In this document: positions 28,498 through 38,488 of the stretch, in pieces
Position numbering within the stretch: position 1 is the first letter of the stretch
Layout of the letters: the number at the start of each line of letters is the position of its first letter
NCBI GenBank assembly: GCA_964367095.1
Contig: CAYIXE010000001.1
Location: forward strand, 2,803-66,802
Length of the DNA stretch: 64,000 nt
DNA from: an uncultured Gammaproteobacteria bacterium
Lineage (GTDB): Bacteria; Patescibacteriota; Microgenomatia; UBA10105; UBA927
Reading direction: 5' to 3'
Notes under the pieces: model-generated
The model's database searches: none
What the model was told of the DNA's origin: nothing
Seen by the model: the letters and a program-made list of their open reading frames with translations, nothing else
Position numbers and translations under genes: made by a program

Positions 28498-30159
28498 TTA
28501 CTCTGCAATTCGTATCGCCTCAAATCCATTAAGAAATGAAATTCTGTATATGGGATCTGTACTAATTTCCCGCGGTGTTCCTACATACAAAATTGAACCG
28601 TCGTGCAATTCATTAGGCCAGTTAATAGGCCGAAATTCATACACATCAAATTTATTTCTCACCTCAGCAAATCCACCCGACGCTGTACCGCCTCCAGCTA
28701 GATATAATCTGGGATCATATTTCATAAAAAATAAATAGAACATGTGCGGTTGTTCTAATTTCGTAGACACAACTATCTTCTTATACTTTGATTTATGCGC
28801 CTCTGTATACTCGACTGCTTGTTTGTATCCATATTGCCAAAATTGTGAATACTCAATATTCATGTGCGAATAGTACATATGAAAGTAATAGCCGATGTTA
28901 CATATTGCAGCAACAAAACTAGAAACGATAATGACGAACACAACGAGTCTCATTTGTTTTGTGACATGCTTAATCGTTTCTTTTCCATACATATACGCGC
29001 TGTATAAACCAAAGGCAGTAAAAACCTGAAGTAGCGGCAATGTGACAAGAGTTCTTATCGCGTGAGGAGTTTCAGACGTGGGAGATGCAGCGATGGGGGC
29101 TAAAAGAAGCCAGCCAAAAAGCAAATTTCGTATAACCCCTCCGCGCTTTATCACCACTACCATGCCCCACAATAAAAATGGCAGCTCCCAAAGGTACAAA
29201 AGTCCCGTATCAGGCGCATGATGTCTATCGTTGTCCCCGCTTAAAAACAACCATTTGAGAGAAAAGTGCGACAAATATCCTTCTGCAATTGTTTTTATAT
29301 AGACGATTCTTCTGTTCTCCCAAATTAATCCCATCAGATTTCCGTTTTGTAGATCATCCTCTAACTTTGATACGCTTTTAGCGAGTAACCCCGTCTGATC
29401 AGAGAGACTGCTAGTGCCTTTGAGCCGCGTAAGTCCGTCTTTTCCAAAAACGACGGGTAATAATGGACCGACGATAATAATTCCTATAAATATCGATACC
29501 AATACATATTTCCACTTTGAAAGAAATTTCTTAAAAAACACTATGAATGCCAAAAGTATAAGAAGTGGTATAAATACGCGCTGACTATGATACGCGTAAA
29601 ATCCTAAGCCCAAAATAAGCGCCGATACCGGCATATATTTTCCGTTTGTCAAAGACTTCAGAAGAAAATAAAGACCCCAAATATTCAGCGTTACCCCAAT
29701 ATTAGCTTCAAATGCAATGCGCGAAAATTGCAAATGCCACGGGGAAATTGCCAACAAAAACATAACCATAAACGGCAAAACGGCAGTAATATCTGTGTAT
29801 TTTCTTTTTTGTGTCTCAATAAGACTTAAAAGTGCGACCGTAAGAAAATATGCGCCTATAACACCCAACACGCCATTTATAGCTGCCGGTAGACGAACAC
29901 TATACGTAGACAATCCCAAATACTTCACCGTTGGGATCGCAAGATATGCATAAAGCGGCGGTTTATAATCATCAAATGATCGAAGTGCCAGGGGCCACCG
30001 CGTCCCGTACTCATCTTTGCCAGTTTTAAGCAACGAATATGCGTTGTATCCTAACGCCGCTTCATCCCAATCAGGGCTTGGCGGCACGACGCCTAACTGC
30101 CAAAACCGTAGTATTGCGGCAAGTATGACAATTGATATAAGTATTAATGTTTTTTTCAT
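28498..30159 (-). CDS. PMT_2 / GT39-like GT-C glycosyltransferase (2 of 5)
   Basis: PSPDWDEAALGYNAYSLLKTGKDEYGTRWPLALRSFDDYKP...VRLPAA. Confidence 0.65.
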   Translation of the reverse strand: MKKTLILISIVILAAILRFWQLGVVPPSPDWDEAALGYNAYSLLKTGKDEYGTRWPLALRSFDDYKPPLYAYLAIPTVKYLGLSTYSVRLPAAINGVLGVIGAYFLTVALLSLIETQKRKYTDITAVLPFMVMFLLAISPWHLQFSRIAFEANIGVTLNIWGLYFLLKSLTNGKYMPVSALILGLGFYAYHSQRVFIPLLILLAFIVFFKKFLSKWKYVLVSIFIGIIIVGPLLPVVFGKDGLTRLKGTSSLSDQTGLLAKSVSKLEDDLQNGNLMGLIWENRRIVYIKTIAEGYLSHFSLKWLFLSGDNDRHHAPDTGLLYLWELPFLLWGMVVVIKRGGVIRNLLFGWLLLAPIAASPTSETPHAIRTLVTLPLLQVFTAFGLYSAYMYGKETIKHVTKQMRLVVFVIIVSSFVAAICNIGYYFHMYYSHMNIEYSQFWQYGYKQAVEYTEAHKSKYKKIVVSTKLEQPHMFYLFFMKYDPRLYLAGGGTASGGFAEVRNKFDVYEFRPINWPNELHDGSILYVGTPREISTDPIYRISFLNGFEAIRIAE

Positions 30160-30161
30160 GG

Positions 30162-31787
30162 TTACAACTCAAATATCACAAGCCCGATAAAGCCATTTAA
30201 TAGCGGAATGTTTTTTAAAACCTTTGCGTTCTGCGGGACTTCGTTTACCGGAAGTATATAGAGCACGCGACCCTCATACTTCTCATTGACGTGTCGCACA
30301 AATCGATATTTGCCAAACCGATAAACATTATAAAATCCCTCTTTATCAAACGAGGCATTTTTGGTCGTTTGAAAAAATGAAAGATCATACTTTCCATAAA
30401 ACAAAGTATAAATATATGGTCTCCCGATACTCTCAGTTAGAACAATAACGTCGTAATCATCCTTCACACTCTCGGCATATTGAATTGCCTCACGGTATCC
30501 ATACTGCCATTCGCCAGAATATTCTTTTTTATAATGTGTCGTATACGTATGCCAAAAATAACCAAAGTTTCCAAGCACTAAAAGAACCATGACAATACCA
30601 ACCAATAACCGCAGTTTTTTGCCAACAAACACACCCAAAAACTGTACGCATCCATATGCCGTGACGATGATCCATACCGGTAAACCGTTTTCCACCCGAA
30701 GCGCATGAGGCGTCTCACGAGCAACCGCTGCGGGCGCTATGGAGGCTAAAAGCCAAAATAGAAGCAATCCCGCTATTTTCGTCTGTCGCGAAAATAGTGT
30801 TAACCATCCGATAAAAACAAACGGAGCTGTGACAAGGAGTAACTGTCCTATATCCTGGGTAGAAAATTTCGGATTCCCGTCGCCCTTTATAAAAAGAAAC
30901 CGCGGCTCGAGATTATCAAAAAAATGCAGCAAATATTCCCTTCCGTATCCAATTCTACGATTATGAACAATTTTGGACCACCAGGCGTTGCTGTCTGCCA
31001 AGCTTCTGACATTTGAAATTAATACCGTTTCAAGATTTGTAAATATACTCACCTCCTGGAACCGAAGTCTGGCTTCTTTCGAAACAAGGTGAGGCATAAG
31101 CGGCAGTAAAGCAATTACAGCGATAATCAATCCTTTATAAAAAGAAGTTTTCGCTTTCGAAATTGCATTCCACGAAAAAACCAACACTCCAAAAGCGATA
31201 AGAGGTCCTGCATATCGTGCTGAATTAAACGTATACATGCCTAAGACAAATGGTAAAAATGCGAAGGGCAATACGCTTGAATTCTTTCGTGAAACTAATA
31301 GAAGATACACGCCAAGTGAAATAAAAAATGTAGCAATATTTGCTTCAAATCCAGCTCGAGAGAGCATAATGTGCCACGGAGAGATAGCCAAAAATAAGGC
31401 GCTTGTCAGCGCAAGTCTTTGATTGGAAAACAACTCCTTCACAAGAAAATAGATAAGTAACACCGTCAGTATTCCAAAAATAGCCGATGGCAACCGAACT
31501 GCCAAATCAGATAAACCAAAAATTGCGATAAAAGGTATAGTAAGATAAATAGGAAGTGATGGTTTGTAATCACCAAATGCGGCAAAGGCACCCAAGGGAA
31601 ACCGTACACCATGCTCATCAGTGCCACTTGTTAAAATAGTATACGCGTTGTAGCCTATAGATACTTCATCCCACGAAAGCGCTGGCGGATTAGAGGTAAG
31701 ATTTGTAAGTCTAAACCATACTGCAAAAACAACAATAATTCCCAATAGAATAGAGCTAACTTTCATATTTTTCCAAAATTTTTTCAT
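30162..31787 (-). CDS. PMT_2 / GT39-like GT-C glycosyltransferase (3 of 5)
   Basis: PPALSWDEVSIGYNAYTILTSGTDEHGVRFPL...FGDYKP...VRLPSA. Confidence 0.65.
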   Translation of the reverse strand: MKKFWKNMKVSSILLGIIVVFAVWFRLTNLTSNPPALSWDEVSIGYNAYTILTSGTDEHGVRFPLGAFAAFGDYKPSLPIYLTIPFIAIFGLSDLAVRLPSAIFGILTVLLIYFLVKELFSNQRLALTSALFLAISPWHIMLSRAGFEANIATFFISLGVYLLLVSRKNSSVLPFAFLPFVLGMYTFNSARYAGPLIAFGVLVFSWNAISKAKTSFYKGLIIAVIALLPLMPHLVSKEARLRFQEVSIFTNLETVLISNVRSLADSNAWWSKIVHNRRIGYGREYLLHFFDNLEPRFLFIKGDGNPKFSTQDIGQLLLVTAPFVFIGWLTLFSRQTKIAGLLLFWLLASIAPAAVARETPHALRVENGLPVWIIVTAYGCVQFLGVFVGKKLRLLVGIVMVLLVLGNFGYFWHTYTTHYKKEYSGEWQYGYREAIQYAESVKDDYDVIVLTESIGRPYIYTLFYGKYDLSFFQTTKNASFDKEGFYNVYRFGKYRFVRHVNEKYEGRVLYILPVNEVPQNAKVLKNIPLLNGFIGLVIFEL

Positions 31788-33030
31788 TCATAAATAATAT
31801 TCCTGCTGTCAAAAAAATAAGTGATATATATCCTATATGACTATTATTAAAATATCGACTCATATACCAAAACAATGTAAGAAATGTTCCGTAGGTGAAT
31901 AACACAGTAGATAACAAAGGTCTTTTTATAATCCACCGAAGAAGAATTACCATAAGAGGCAATCCAAATAGAAGTTGATACAGATAAAAAAGATAGAACT
32001 CATGTATATTTTTAATAACTCCGGCGCTTAAAAGCACCATGCTTAATCCGTATCCTGATATAGGATAGCTTGCCGCAGTACCTCCGGTAAGATACAAGAA
32101 TACGCTATCGATATACGCCTTTGAATCCCACAAAAGAAATGGAAGCGTTAGGCCCAAACAAACAAGGAAGGTAATGATTACTGACCACCACATGCGACTT
32201 TTGCGTTTGACCTCTGTGACAAAAAGATACATAAAATAAAACGGCACAGCTATCCAAATCGTTTGCTTGCTCATGACGGCCAAACCAAAAATAAATCCAG
32301 CAATCAAAGGCTTTTTTAGTGATAACAGATAGAGAGAAAGGATCAACCAGAAAAATGCAAACACATCGCTTCTTCCCTCAATAAAATAATCAAATACTGA
32401 CGGTGAAAGAGAAACGAGTACTACTGCCAATCGCCGTAAATTCTGGTCCTTTATCCACTTCCAAAGTATAAACAAAATTCCTGCCATACTAAATAAAAGT
32501 GCCATGCGGGCATCAAAAAATCCAAACACTTTCACTCCTACTACATAAAATCCAAAGGGAAACAAAAGATACCAAGGAGGCATCACAAAGTGATAGAGCG
32601 CAGGATTGACGGCGTCAGGATTATCAGGCTCATCGTAATTAAATGATTCAACTGGTGTGCCAAAATACGTCTCTTTGTACGGATTTTTTCCGTTTATCAA
32701 ATACCGCATGGCAGCTTCTTGTTGCAAGATAATATCATGTACTCCCCACACAGGCGCTACGCTTTTGCGATCAACCATGGAAGTTATCAAAGTTAAGAAC
32801 ACAACGACAAAAATCACAAACCATGTCAAAATATCACGCCATCGTTCGACTAAAAGACTTACTTTTGTAAGAATCATTGATCGGTACGCGAGTAAAACAT
32901 TGAGGACCAACGAAAGAAACACTAATCCAAACAACCAATATGGTGTTCCCTCAATCGGAAGGATACGATACTTCATGACCACGGGAATGGAAAGCAGGAA
33001 AAGAAGCACGCTGTCAATAATTGGCGACAT
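31756..33030 (-). CDS. polytopic membrane protein, DUF2029/GT87-like putative GT-C glycosyltransferase
   Basis: VHDIILQQEAAMRYLINGKNPY motif (D...A...G.NPY class, shared with 22757 and 58659). Start trimmed to the ATG at 33030. Confidence 0.4.
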   Translation of the reverse strand: MSPIIDSVLLFLLSIPVVMKYRILPIEGTPYWLFGLVFLSLVLNVLLAYRSMILTKVSLLVERWRDILTWFVIFVVVFLTLITSMVDRKSVAPVWGVHDIILQQEAAMRYLINGKNPYKETYFGTPVESFNYDEPDNPDAVNPALYHFVMPPWYLLFPFGFYVVGVKVFGFFDARMALLFSMAGILFILWKWIKDQNLRRLAVVLVSLSPSVFDYFIEGRSDVFAFFWLILSLYLLSLKKPLIAGFIFGLAVMSKQTIWIAVPFYFMYLFVTEVKRKSRMWWSVIITFLVCLGLTLPFLLWDSKAYIDSVFLYLTGGTAASYPISGYGLSMVLLSAGVIKNIHEFYLFYLYQLLFGLPLMVILLRWIIKRPLLSTVLFTYGTFLTLFWYMSRYFNNSHIGYISLIFLTAGILFMNEKILEKYES

Positions 33031-33037
33031 AATAGGT

Positions 33038-34531
33038 CTATTGTACCCCAAACAACACGATAACATCATCAGTTTTTACTATGCGCGTCATATACTGGTC
33101 CAAATCAACTATAGGATATGTGCCTTTGCAATGATCTTCATAACAAAGTGTTTGTATCTTGCCTCCATGATCAACAAAGGGACAGACTCGATTCTCGCAT
33201 ACAAGCACAATTTGATTATCATTGCCTGTTATTTTCCCGGCAGTCGTTCCGCGTAAAGAGAAGCCTGCACGATAGTGAAGATCCGAAAACGACGGCGAGG
33301 AAACCAACCCAAAGCTAAACACGTTACTTCCCAATTCTTTTTTCACTATATCAATAACTTTCTCCACTTTTAAAATATCATTGCGAACAGGCGTTCTAGA
33401 AACCAATAAAACACTTTGATAAAAAGCGAGGGCAAGAAAAATCCCAAGTATGATAAAGACAATCGGTTTGATCCTTCGTATACGTACTACTTCCTCAATC
33501 CAAGTCCCAAACACTACATACGCCGCCGGAATGAGAAAATACAGGTAATGATCATACACAACCCCCCTATACAAAGACATCGCTCCCACTCCCCCAACTA
33601 TCCAAATAAGCAGAAGAAAAGAAAGATCGTTCTTTGAGACTATAAACCACAGCATCGTAAAGAAAATAATAATCCCGGCACCTAAAGGAAGCCCAAGTGA
33701 GAAAGGGAGCGTCTTTCCTGTAACCCGGCCTGCATAGTCAATGAAGTTGGCAAGTATTTGCCTTTTTCTGATTGGTGCAAGAGTGGGATATATAAATTGT
33801 GAAATAACACTTCCGATATTCTCAAAACCATGAGTGAATTCATACACAAGAAATGGAGACAGAACAAAAAGAAATATAATGATCCACGCGGCGGCAAGCT
33901 TTACCCATACTTCCCGACTTTCCTTGTCCTTGTAAAACAAAATAATAAATACTAATCCGGAGAGAGGAATAAATAATAAATTTGGATAATGAAGCTGTAC
34001 GAGTATTCCTGTAGACAGACCCATGAGAAGACTCCCGAGAAATTTTCTTTCTGTACGAAGGATCAAAGCTGCGGCATACACAAAAAGCATGACAAAAGAA
34101 GGAACGATATTTGGCTCCCAAAGAAATCGATCTTTAGCCACACCAAACGGGCTTAGTGCCCACAAGGCAGTAAGAAATACGGCAACTGGTGGAGTAAATA
34201 ATAGACGAAACGCCAACGCACTAAATAGTATTCCTAAACATCCGTAAAAAATTACGGCATATGCTCCCCAAACAAGTTGAAATCCTGACATAATAAGAAA
34301 TGGAGCGATCAAAAAATAATATGCTGGGCCTAAATGTTGACCGCTAAGAACTGTAGGTCCTAAAAGCGGCACTGTTTTTGATTCCCACGCGGTCAATACA
34401 TGAAGAAATGTTCTTCCTTGATCTCCTAAAAACTCTGTGCCTGCTGTAAGATTCCATAATCGCAGTGCCATAACGATGATAAAAAGTATTATAATAAAGA
34501 TAGTTTGTCCGCTCATCTGTCTTATGCGCAT
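33038..34531 (-). CDS. ArnT-like GT-C glycosyltransferase
   Basis: FLGDQGRTFLHVLTAWESKTVPLLGPTVLSGQHLGPAYYFLIAPF parallels FLGDEGRDML...LLGPTASVGGFFLGPIYYYFMLPF of the gene at 60574. D-E/Q first-loop motif. Polytopic. Confidence 0.45.
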   Translation of the reverse strand: MRIRQMSGQTIFIIILFIIVMALRLWNLTAGTEFLGDQGRTFLHVLTAWESKTVPLLGPTVLSGQHLGPAYYFLIAPFLIMSGFQLVWGAYAVIFYGCLGILFSALAFRLLFTPPVAVFLTALWALSPFGVAKDRFLWEPNIVPSFVMLFVYAAALILRTERKFLGSLLMGLSTGILVQLHYPNLLFIPLSGLVFIILFYKDKESREVWVKLAAAWIIIFLFVLSPFLVYEFTHGFENIGSVISQFIYPTLAPIRKRQILANFIDYAGRVTGKTLPFSLGLPLGAGIIIFFTMLWFIVSKNDLSFLLLIWIVGGVGAMSLYRGVVYDHYLYFLIPAAYVVFGTWIEEVVRIRRIKPIVFIILGIFLALAFYQSVLLVSRTPVRNDILKVEKVIDIVKKELGSNVFSFGLVSSPSFSDLHYRAGFSLRGTTAGKITGNDNQIVLVCENRVCPFVDHGGKIQTLCYEDHCKGTYPIVDLDQYMTRIVKTDDVIVLFGVQ

Positions 34532-36161
34532 GCACTCATTTAAGCACTATTTGGCTATACTGACAATCTCGACTCTTCCGTTTATATCCATGTTTCTCAC
34601 ATCCTCCATGCCGCACACGCATGACGGACCGGTACACCTTGCCAGACTCGCTTCCTATTATAAGGAGCTTTCTTACGGTCAAATTCCACCGCGTTGGGCA
34701 AGCGAATTAAATTTTGGAGTGGGTATGCCTCTTTTTAATTTCATATATCATCTTCCGTATCTTGTCGCCTCCATTCCCCTCTTTTTTTCATTTGGCCTTG
34801 TCGCATCGTTTAAGATATCGCTTCTTATAAGTTTTCTCCTCTCAGGAATTGGTATGTTTCTTTTCAGTCGTAAACTCTTTGGCGACATACCACGCGCATA
34901 CTTGGTGACTATTCTTTATCAATTTGCGCCATTTCATCTCGTCGAACTGGTCGTTCGTGGAAGTGTGGGTGAAGCATATACCTACTCGTTTCTACCATTC
35001 GTGCTTTATGGAATATTGTTAGTATCAGAAAATCCAAAACCACTCTATCTGCTAAACACAAGTATCGCTGTTTCGTTCTTAGTGCTTTCCCATAATGCAA
35101 TTAGTTTAGTAAGTTTCTCTGTCGCATTTCTTTTTGCTCTCTACTTTACACCGAAAACAAAAAATCGTCTCATCACACTTTTGCCGCTTATCATCGGACT
35201 GGGATTAACAACTTTCTACTGGTTACCAGCAGTTTTGGAGCGAAAATATACGTACGGCGATTTGTTTATGAAAGATATGTATCTATCACACTTTGCACCA
35301 ATTCAGAATTTTTTTATTCCTAATTTCACCAATTCCGCTAGGCTTCAAACCGGAGGCATTACCGTATATCTTGGACTCATTCAAAGCATCCTTCTCATTT
35401 CTTCTTTCTATCTTTTATTGGTCAAAAAAATCAAAAGTTCCAGTCTTTTATCAATAACATTTTTTAGTCTCATTCTTATCATGATGAGCTTTTTTTTCAT
35501 GCAGCCGATTTCCTCTCCTATTTGGGAACGGGTAAAAACCTTACGCATGTTTCAGTTTCCGTGGAGACTTCTCTCCATTGTAGGATTAGGTACAGCACTT
35601 CTTGGCGCCATAATAGTTTTCAAAAATAAAAAGCTCAACTTGATAATTGTTTCTTTCTTTTCCGTCGTTTCAGTCATTTCAACAATTGTATTTTGGAATC
35701 CGCCATTAGGCTACGACAAAATAATAGAAACTGATTATTGGAACTATCCTTTAAACACAACGTATTTTGGTGAGACCGATCTTATATGGTCTGACGGACC
35801 GGCGTCATCATACCCGATTGCCCCATTTGAAATCATCGAGGGTGAGGGTGAGATCACCAATCCATACAAAAAAAGCATCAAACACTCATTTACCATAAAC
35901 GCACAGACGCCGGTACGTATGATAGACAACACGCAATACTTCCCGGGTTGGCGTGTCTTTGTAGATTCTGTAAAAACACCTATTGAATTTCAAGACCAAA
36001 ACCATAGAGGCAGGATCACATTTAACGTCCCTGAAGGATTACACAAAGTCGAGGTTATTTTTGGCAATTCTCCAATAAGAACGATTGGCAATACGGCAAG
36101 CATCCTTACTCTCCTCTCGTCGACAATTGTATATATAATTTTTCAACGTAAACGATTATGA
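34530..36161 (+). CDS. GT-C fold membrane glycosyltransferase, short YfhO-like paralog (3 of 5)
   Basis: MPHTHDGPVHLARLASYYKEL...PPRWASELNFGVGMPLFNFIYHLP. C-terminal YFPGWRVFVDSVKTPIEF...VPEGLHKVEVIF. Start taken at an internal ATG (34524 or 34530); the track start at 34437 overlaps the divergent gene. Confidence 0.5.
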   Translation: MHSFKHYLAILTISTLPFISMFLTSSMPHTHDGPVHLARLASYYKELSYGQIPPRWASELNFGVGMPLFNFIYHLPYLVASIPLFFSFGLVASFKISLLISFLLSGIGMFLFSRKLFGDIPRAYLVTILYQFAPFHLVELVVRGSVGEAYTYSFLPFVLYGILLVSENPKPLYLLNTSIAVSFLVLSHNAISLVSFSVAFLFALYFTPKTKNRLITLLPLIIGLGLTTFYWLPAVLERKYTYGDLFMKDMYLSHFAPIQNFFIPNFTNSARLQTGGITVYLGLIQSILLISSFYLLLVKKIKSSSLLSITFFSLILIMMSFFFMQPISSPIWERVKTLRMFQFPWRLLSIVGLGTALLGAIIVFKNKKLNLIIVSFFSVVSVISTIVFWNPPLGYDKIIETDYWNYPLNTTYFGETDLIWSDGPASSYPIAPFEIIEGEGEITNPYKKSIKHSFTINAQTPVRMIDNTQYFPGWRVFVDSVKTPIEFQDQNHRGRITFNVPEGLHKVEVIFGNSPIRTIGNTASILTLLSSTIVYIIFQRKRL

Positions 36162-38488
36162 AATTCAAAGACATATTCATTGGGGCAGGAATAAGCATAA
36201 TTCTTGTTTGTTTTCTTTTTTACAAATCTATTTTTTATGGGGCAATCCCGTTTCCCGGAGATTCTCTTCTTTCTCACTTCAAACCGTGGCAAGTTACTTC
36301 CTATGATGGCTATGGCGCTGGCGGCATACCAAATAAAGCACAATACCCAGATGTAATACGACAAATGTATCCTTGGCGAATAGAGGCTATACGCCAATGG
36401 AAAGAAGGAAATGTTCCACTTTGGAATCCCTATAGTTTTTCAGGCACTCCGCTTCTTGCCAATTTTCAATCAGCAAGTTTATACCCTTTCAATACCCTTT
36501 TTCTTTTCTTACGCGAGACAACTGCATGGACCGTACTTATAGCATTGCAGCCCTTACTCGCAATCTTTTTTACATTCCTCTATTTACGTATCATGAAGCT
36601 AAGCATTCTCGCTTCTCTATTTGGTGGGATATCGTACGGCATAAGCGGATTTATGACCGTATGGCTGGAGTACAACACGGTCGGACACATTATGGCGTGG
36701 TTTCCGTTAGCACTTTATGCAATTGAACATTTTAACCCCACATTGCTCACTATTTCAATCACTCTTTCATTACTATCAGGTCATCCGCAAGTCGCACTCT
36801 ATGCTATTTTATTTACCTCCATATACGCAGCTTTTCGATTACAAGGAAAGAATAAACTCTATGCACTTCTCTCACTTTTTGTAGGATTTGGCATTTCAGC
36901 CGTCCAACTTGTCCCCGGTATTGAGCTTTTAAGTGTCGCCGCGCGAGCTAATCACTCTTATGAACAAATGATGAAAACCATACTCATCCAGCCATGGCAA
37001 ATACTCATGGCTTTTTTTCCAAATCTTTATGGCAATCCTGTTTCTCGCACGTATTGGCCGTTAGACACTTATGTAGGAAAAGTAACGTCCATAGGTCTTA
37101 TTCCATTATTTTTTCTTCTTTCTTCGATACGACTCTATAAAGAGTCTCTCATACGTTTTTATGCTCTTTCAATACTTTTTCTTGGCATATACATTACAGC
37201 AAATCCTATCACAGCCCTCCTCTACTCATTCTCAATTCCTATCATATCGTCAAGCAGCCCGACGCTTTCAATATTTATATTTTCATTTTGCTTATCAGTA
37301 CTTGCAGCTTTCGGCGTCGATTTGTGGATACAAGAAACACATAGTGTCAAAAAGCTTATCATTCGGGCAATTGAAGTATGTGCAGGAATACTTATCATCG
37401 CAAGCATCTTTATGCTTCTTCCGTCGCTTAAAACCCATGCGTCGGTCGCTCTCCGTGCACTTTTTTATGGCGGCGCTATTTCCGCATTAACCGTATGTAT
37501 CTTTTACATTGCCATTCGTTATAAAAAATGGATGATCCCAATACTGTGGATTCTTTTGGCAATTCATTTTTTTGATCTCTCGTACGCATTTTTCAAGTTT
37601 AACCCGTTTGTCCCAACGTCATATATGTATCCTGACCATACCGTGAGCGATTACCTCAAAAGTCAAAAAAAACCGATGCGGTTTTGGGGGTATGGCACTG
37701 CGGCGATTGACGCAAATATTCCGACACTCTGGCGAGTTTACTCTCCCAATGGCTATGATCCACTGTATCCTAAATGGTACGGCGAATTTATAGGCGCGTC
37801 CAAAGACGGCAAGCTTCTTCGTTTATTTGGAAATAATAATCGCTCTGATGCGACCATTGCATCCGGATTTGGTGAGGCTGACTTTCAAGACAATACCTAC
37901 CGAAAACAAATTCTTCGCTCACTTGGTGTTTCCCTTATCATTGATAGACAAGAAAACGGCACGAGTGAAAAAACATTCCCGCCAAAAAATTATTCACTCA
38001 CCACCGTTTCAGATTGGCGTGTATTTACCGATATTGACGCACCACTAATTGTTAGGATAGCAACTAGATCAAGCGTTGCCAACACAAAAGAAGATTTTGA
38101 ACGGATATTTTTTCATCCATCCTTTAACCCAAAAGCAGATGTCATTGTTTCTGATCCCGCCATACCAACTCTTAGCGGAAATGGGAGTGTAGAAATGAAT
38201 ATCTATTCTCCAAATTTCATACAAGCAACAACAAAAACGAAAGGGATTACCATGCTTGTAATCGCAGACACCTACTACAAAGGATGGAACGCGTATATTG
38301 ATAAAAACCCTGCTCCCTTATATCGCGTGAACTGGACTATGAATGGGATATTGCTTCCCGAAGGCGACCATACGATCGACTTTTTGTATGAACCTATCTC
38401 TTTCACCATAGGATTATGGGCATCAGCCTTGTCATTGGGGTTATTAGTTGGTATCGTCGTATTCACACACCAAAAAAGGAAGCAATGA
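36158..38488 (+). CDS. YfhO-family GT-C glycosyltransferase (long form, 776 aa)
   Basis: PFPGDSLLSHFKPWQV...YPWRIEAIRQWKEGNVPLWNPYSFSGTPLLANFQSASLYPFN. C-terminal YYKGWNAYIDKNP...LPEGDHTIDFLYEP. Confidence 0.55.
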   Translation: MKFKDIFIGAGISIILVCFLFYKSIFYGAIPFPGDSLLSHFKPWQVTSYDGYGAGGIPNKAQYPDVIRQMYPWRIEAIRQWKEGNVPLWNPYSFSGTPLLANFQSASLYPFNTLFLFLRETTAWTVLIALQPLLAIFFTFLYLRIMKLSILASLFGGISYGISGFMTVWLEYNTVGHIMAWFPLALYAIEHFNPTLLTISITLSLLSGHPQVALYAILFTSIYAAFRLQGKNKLYALLSLFVGFGISAVQLVPGIELLSVAARANHSYEQMMKTILIQPWQILMAFFPNLYGNPVSRTYWPLDTYVGKVTSIGLIPLFFLLSSIRLYKESLIRFYALSILFLGIYITANPITALLYSFSIPIISSSSPTLSIFIFSFCLSVLAAFGVDLWIQETHSVKKLIIRAIEVCAGILIIASIFMLLPSLKTHASVALRALFYGGAISALTVCIFYIAIRYKKWMIPILWILLAIHFFDLSYAFFKFNPFVPTSYMYPDHTVSDYLKSQKKPMRFWGYGTAAIDANIPTLWRVYSPNGYDPLYPKWYGEFIGASKDGKLLRLFGNNNRSDATIASGFGEADFQDNTYRKQILRSLGVSLIIDRQENGTSEKTFPPKNYSLTTVSDWRVFTDIDAPLIVRIATRSSVANTKEDFERIFFHPSFNPKADVIVSDPAIPTLSGNGSVEMNIYSPNFIQATTKTKGITMLVIADTYYKGWNAYIDKNPAPLYRVNWTMNGILLPEGDHTIDFLYEPISFTIGLWASALSLGLLVGIVVFTHQKRKQ

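Noticed and set aside
32657-33256. Long antisense ORFs inside GT-C genes (32657..33256, 44142..44654, 5556..5918, 37161..37490 and similar)
   Set aside because: They are wholly contained within well-supported genes on the opposite strand and have low-complexity composition with no motifs. These are typical shadow ORFs.
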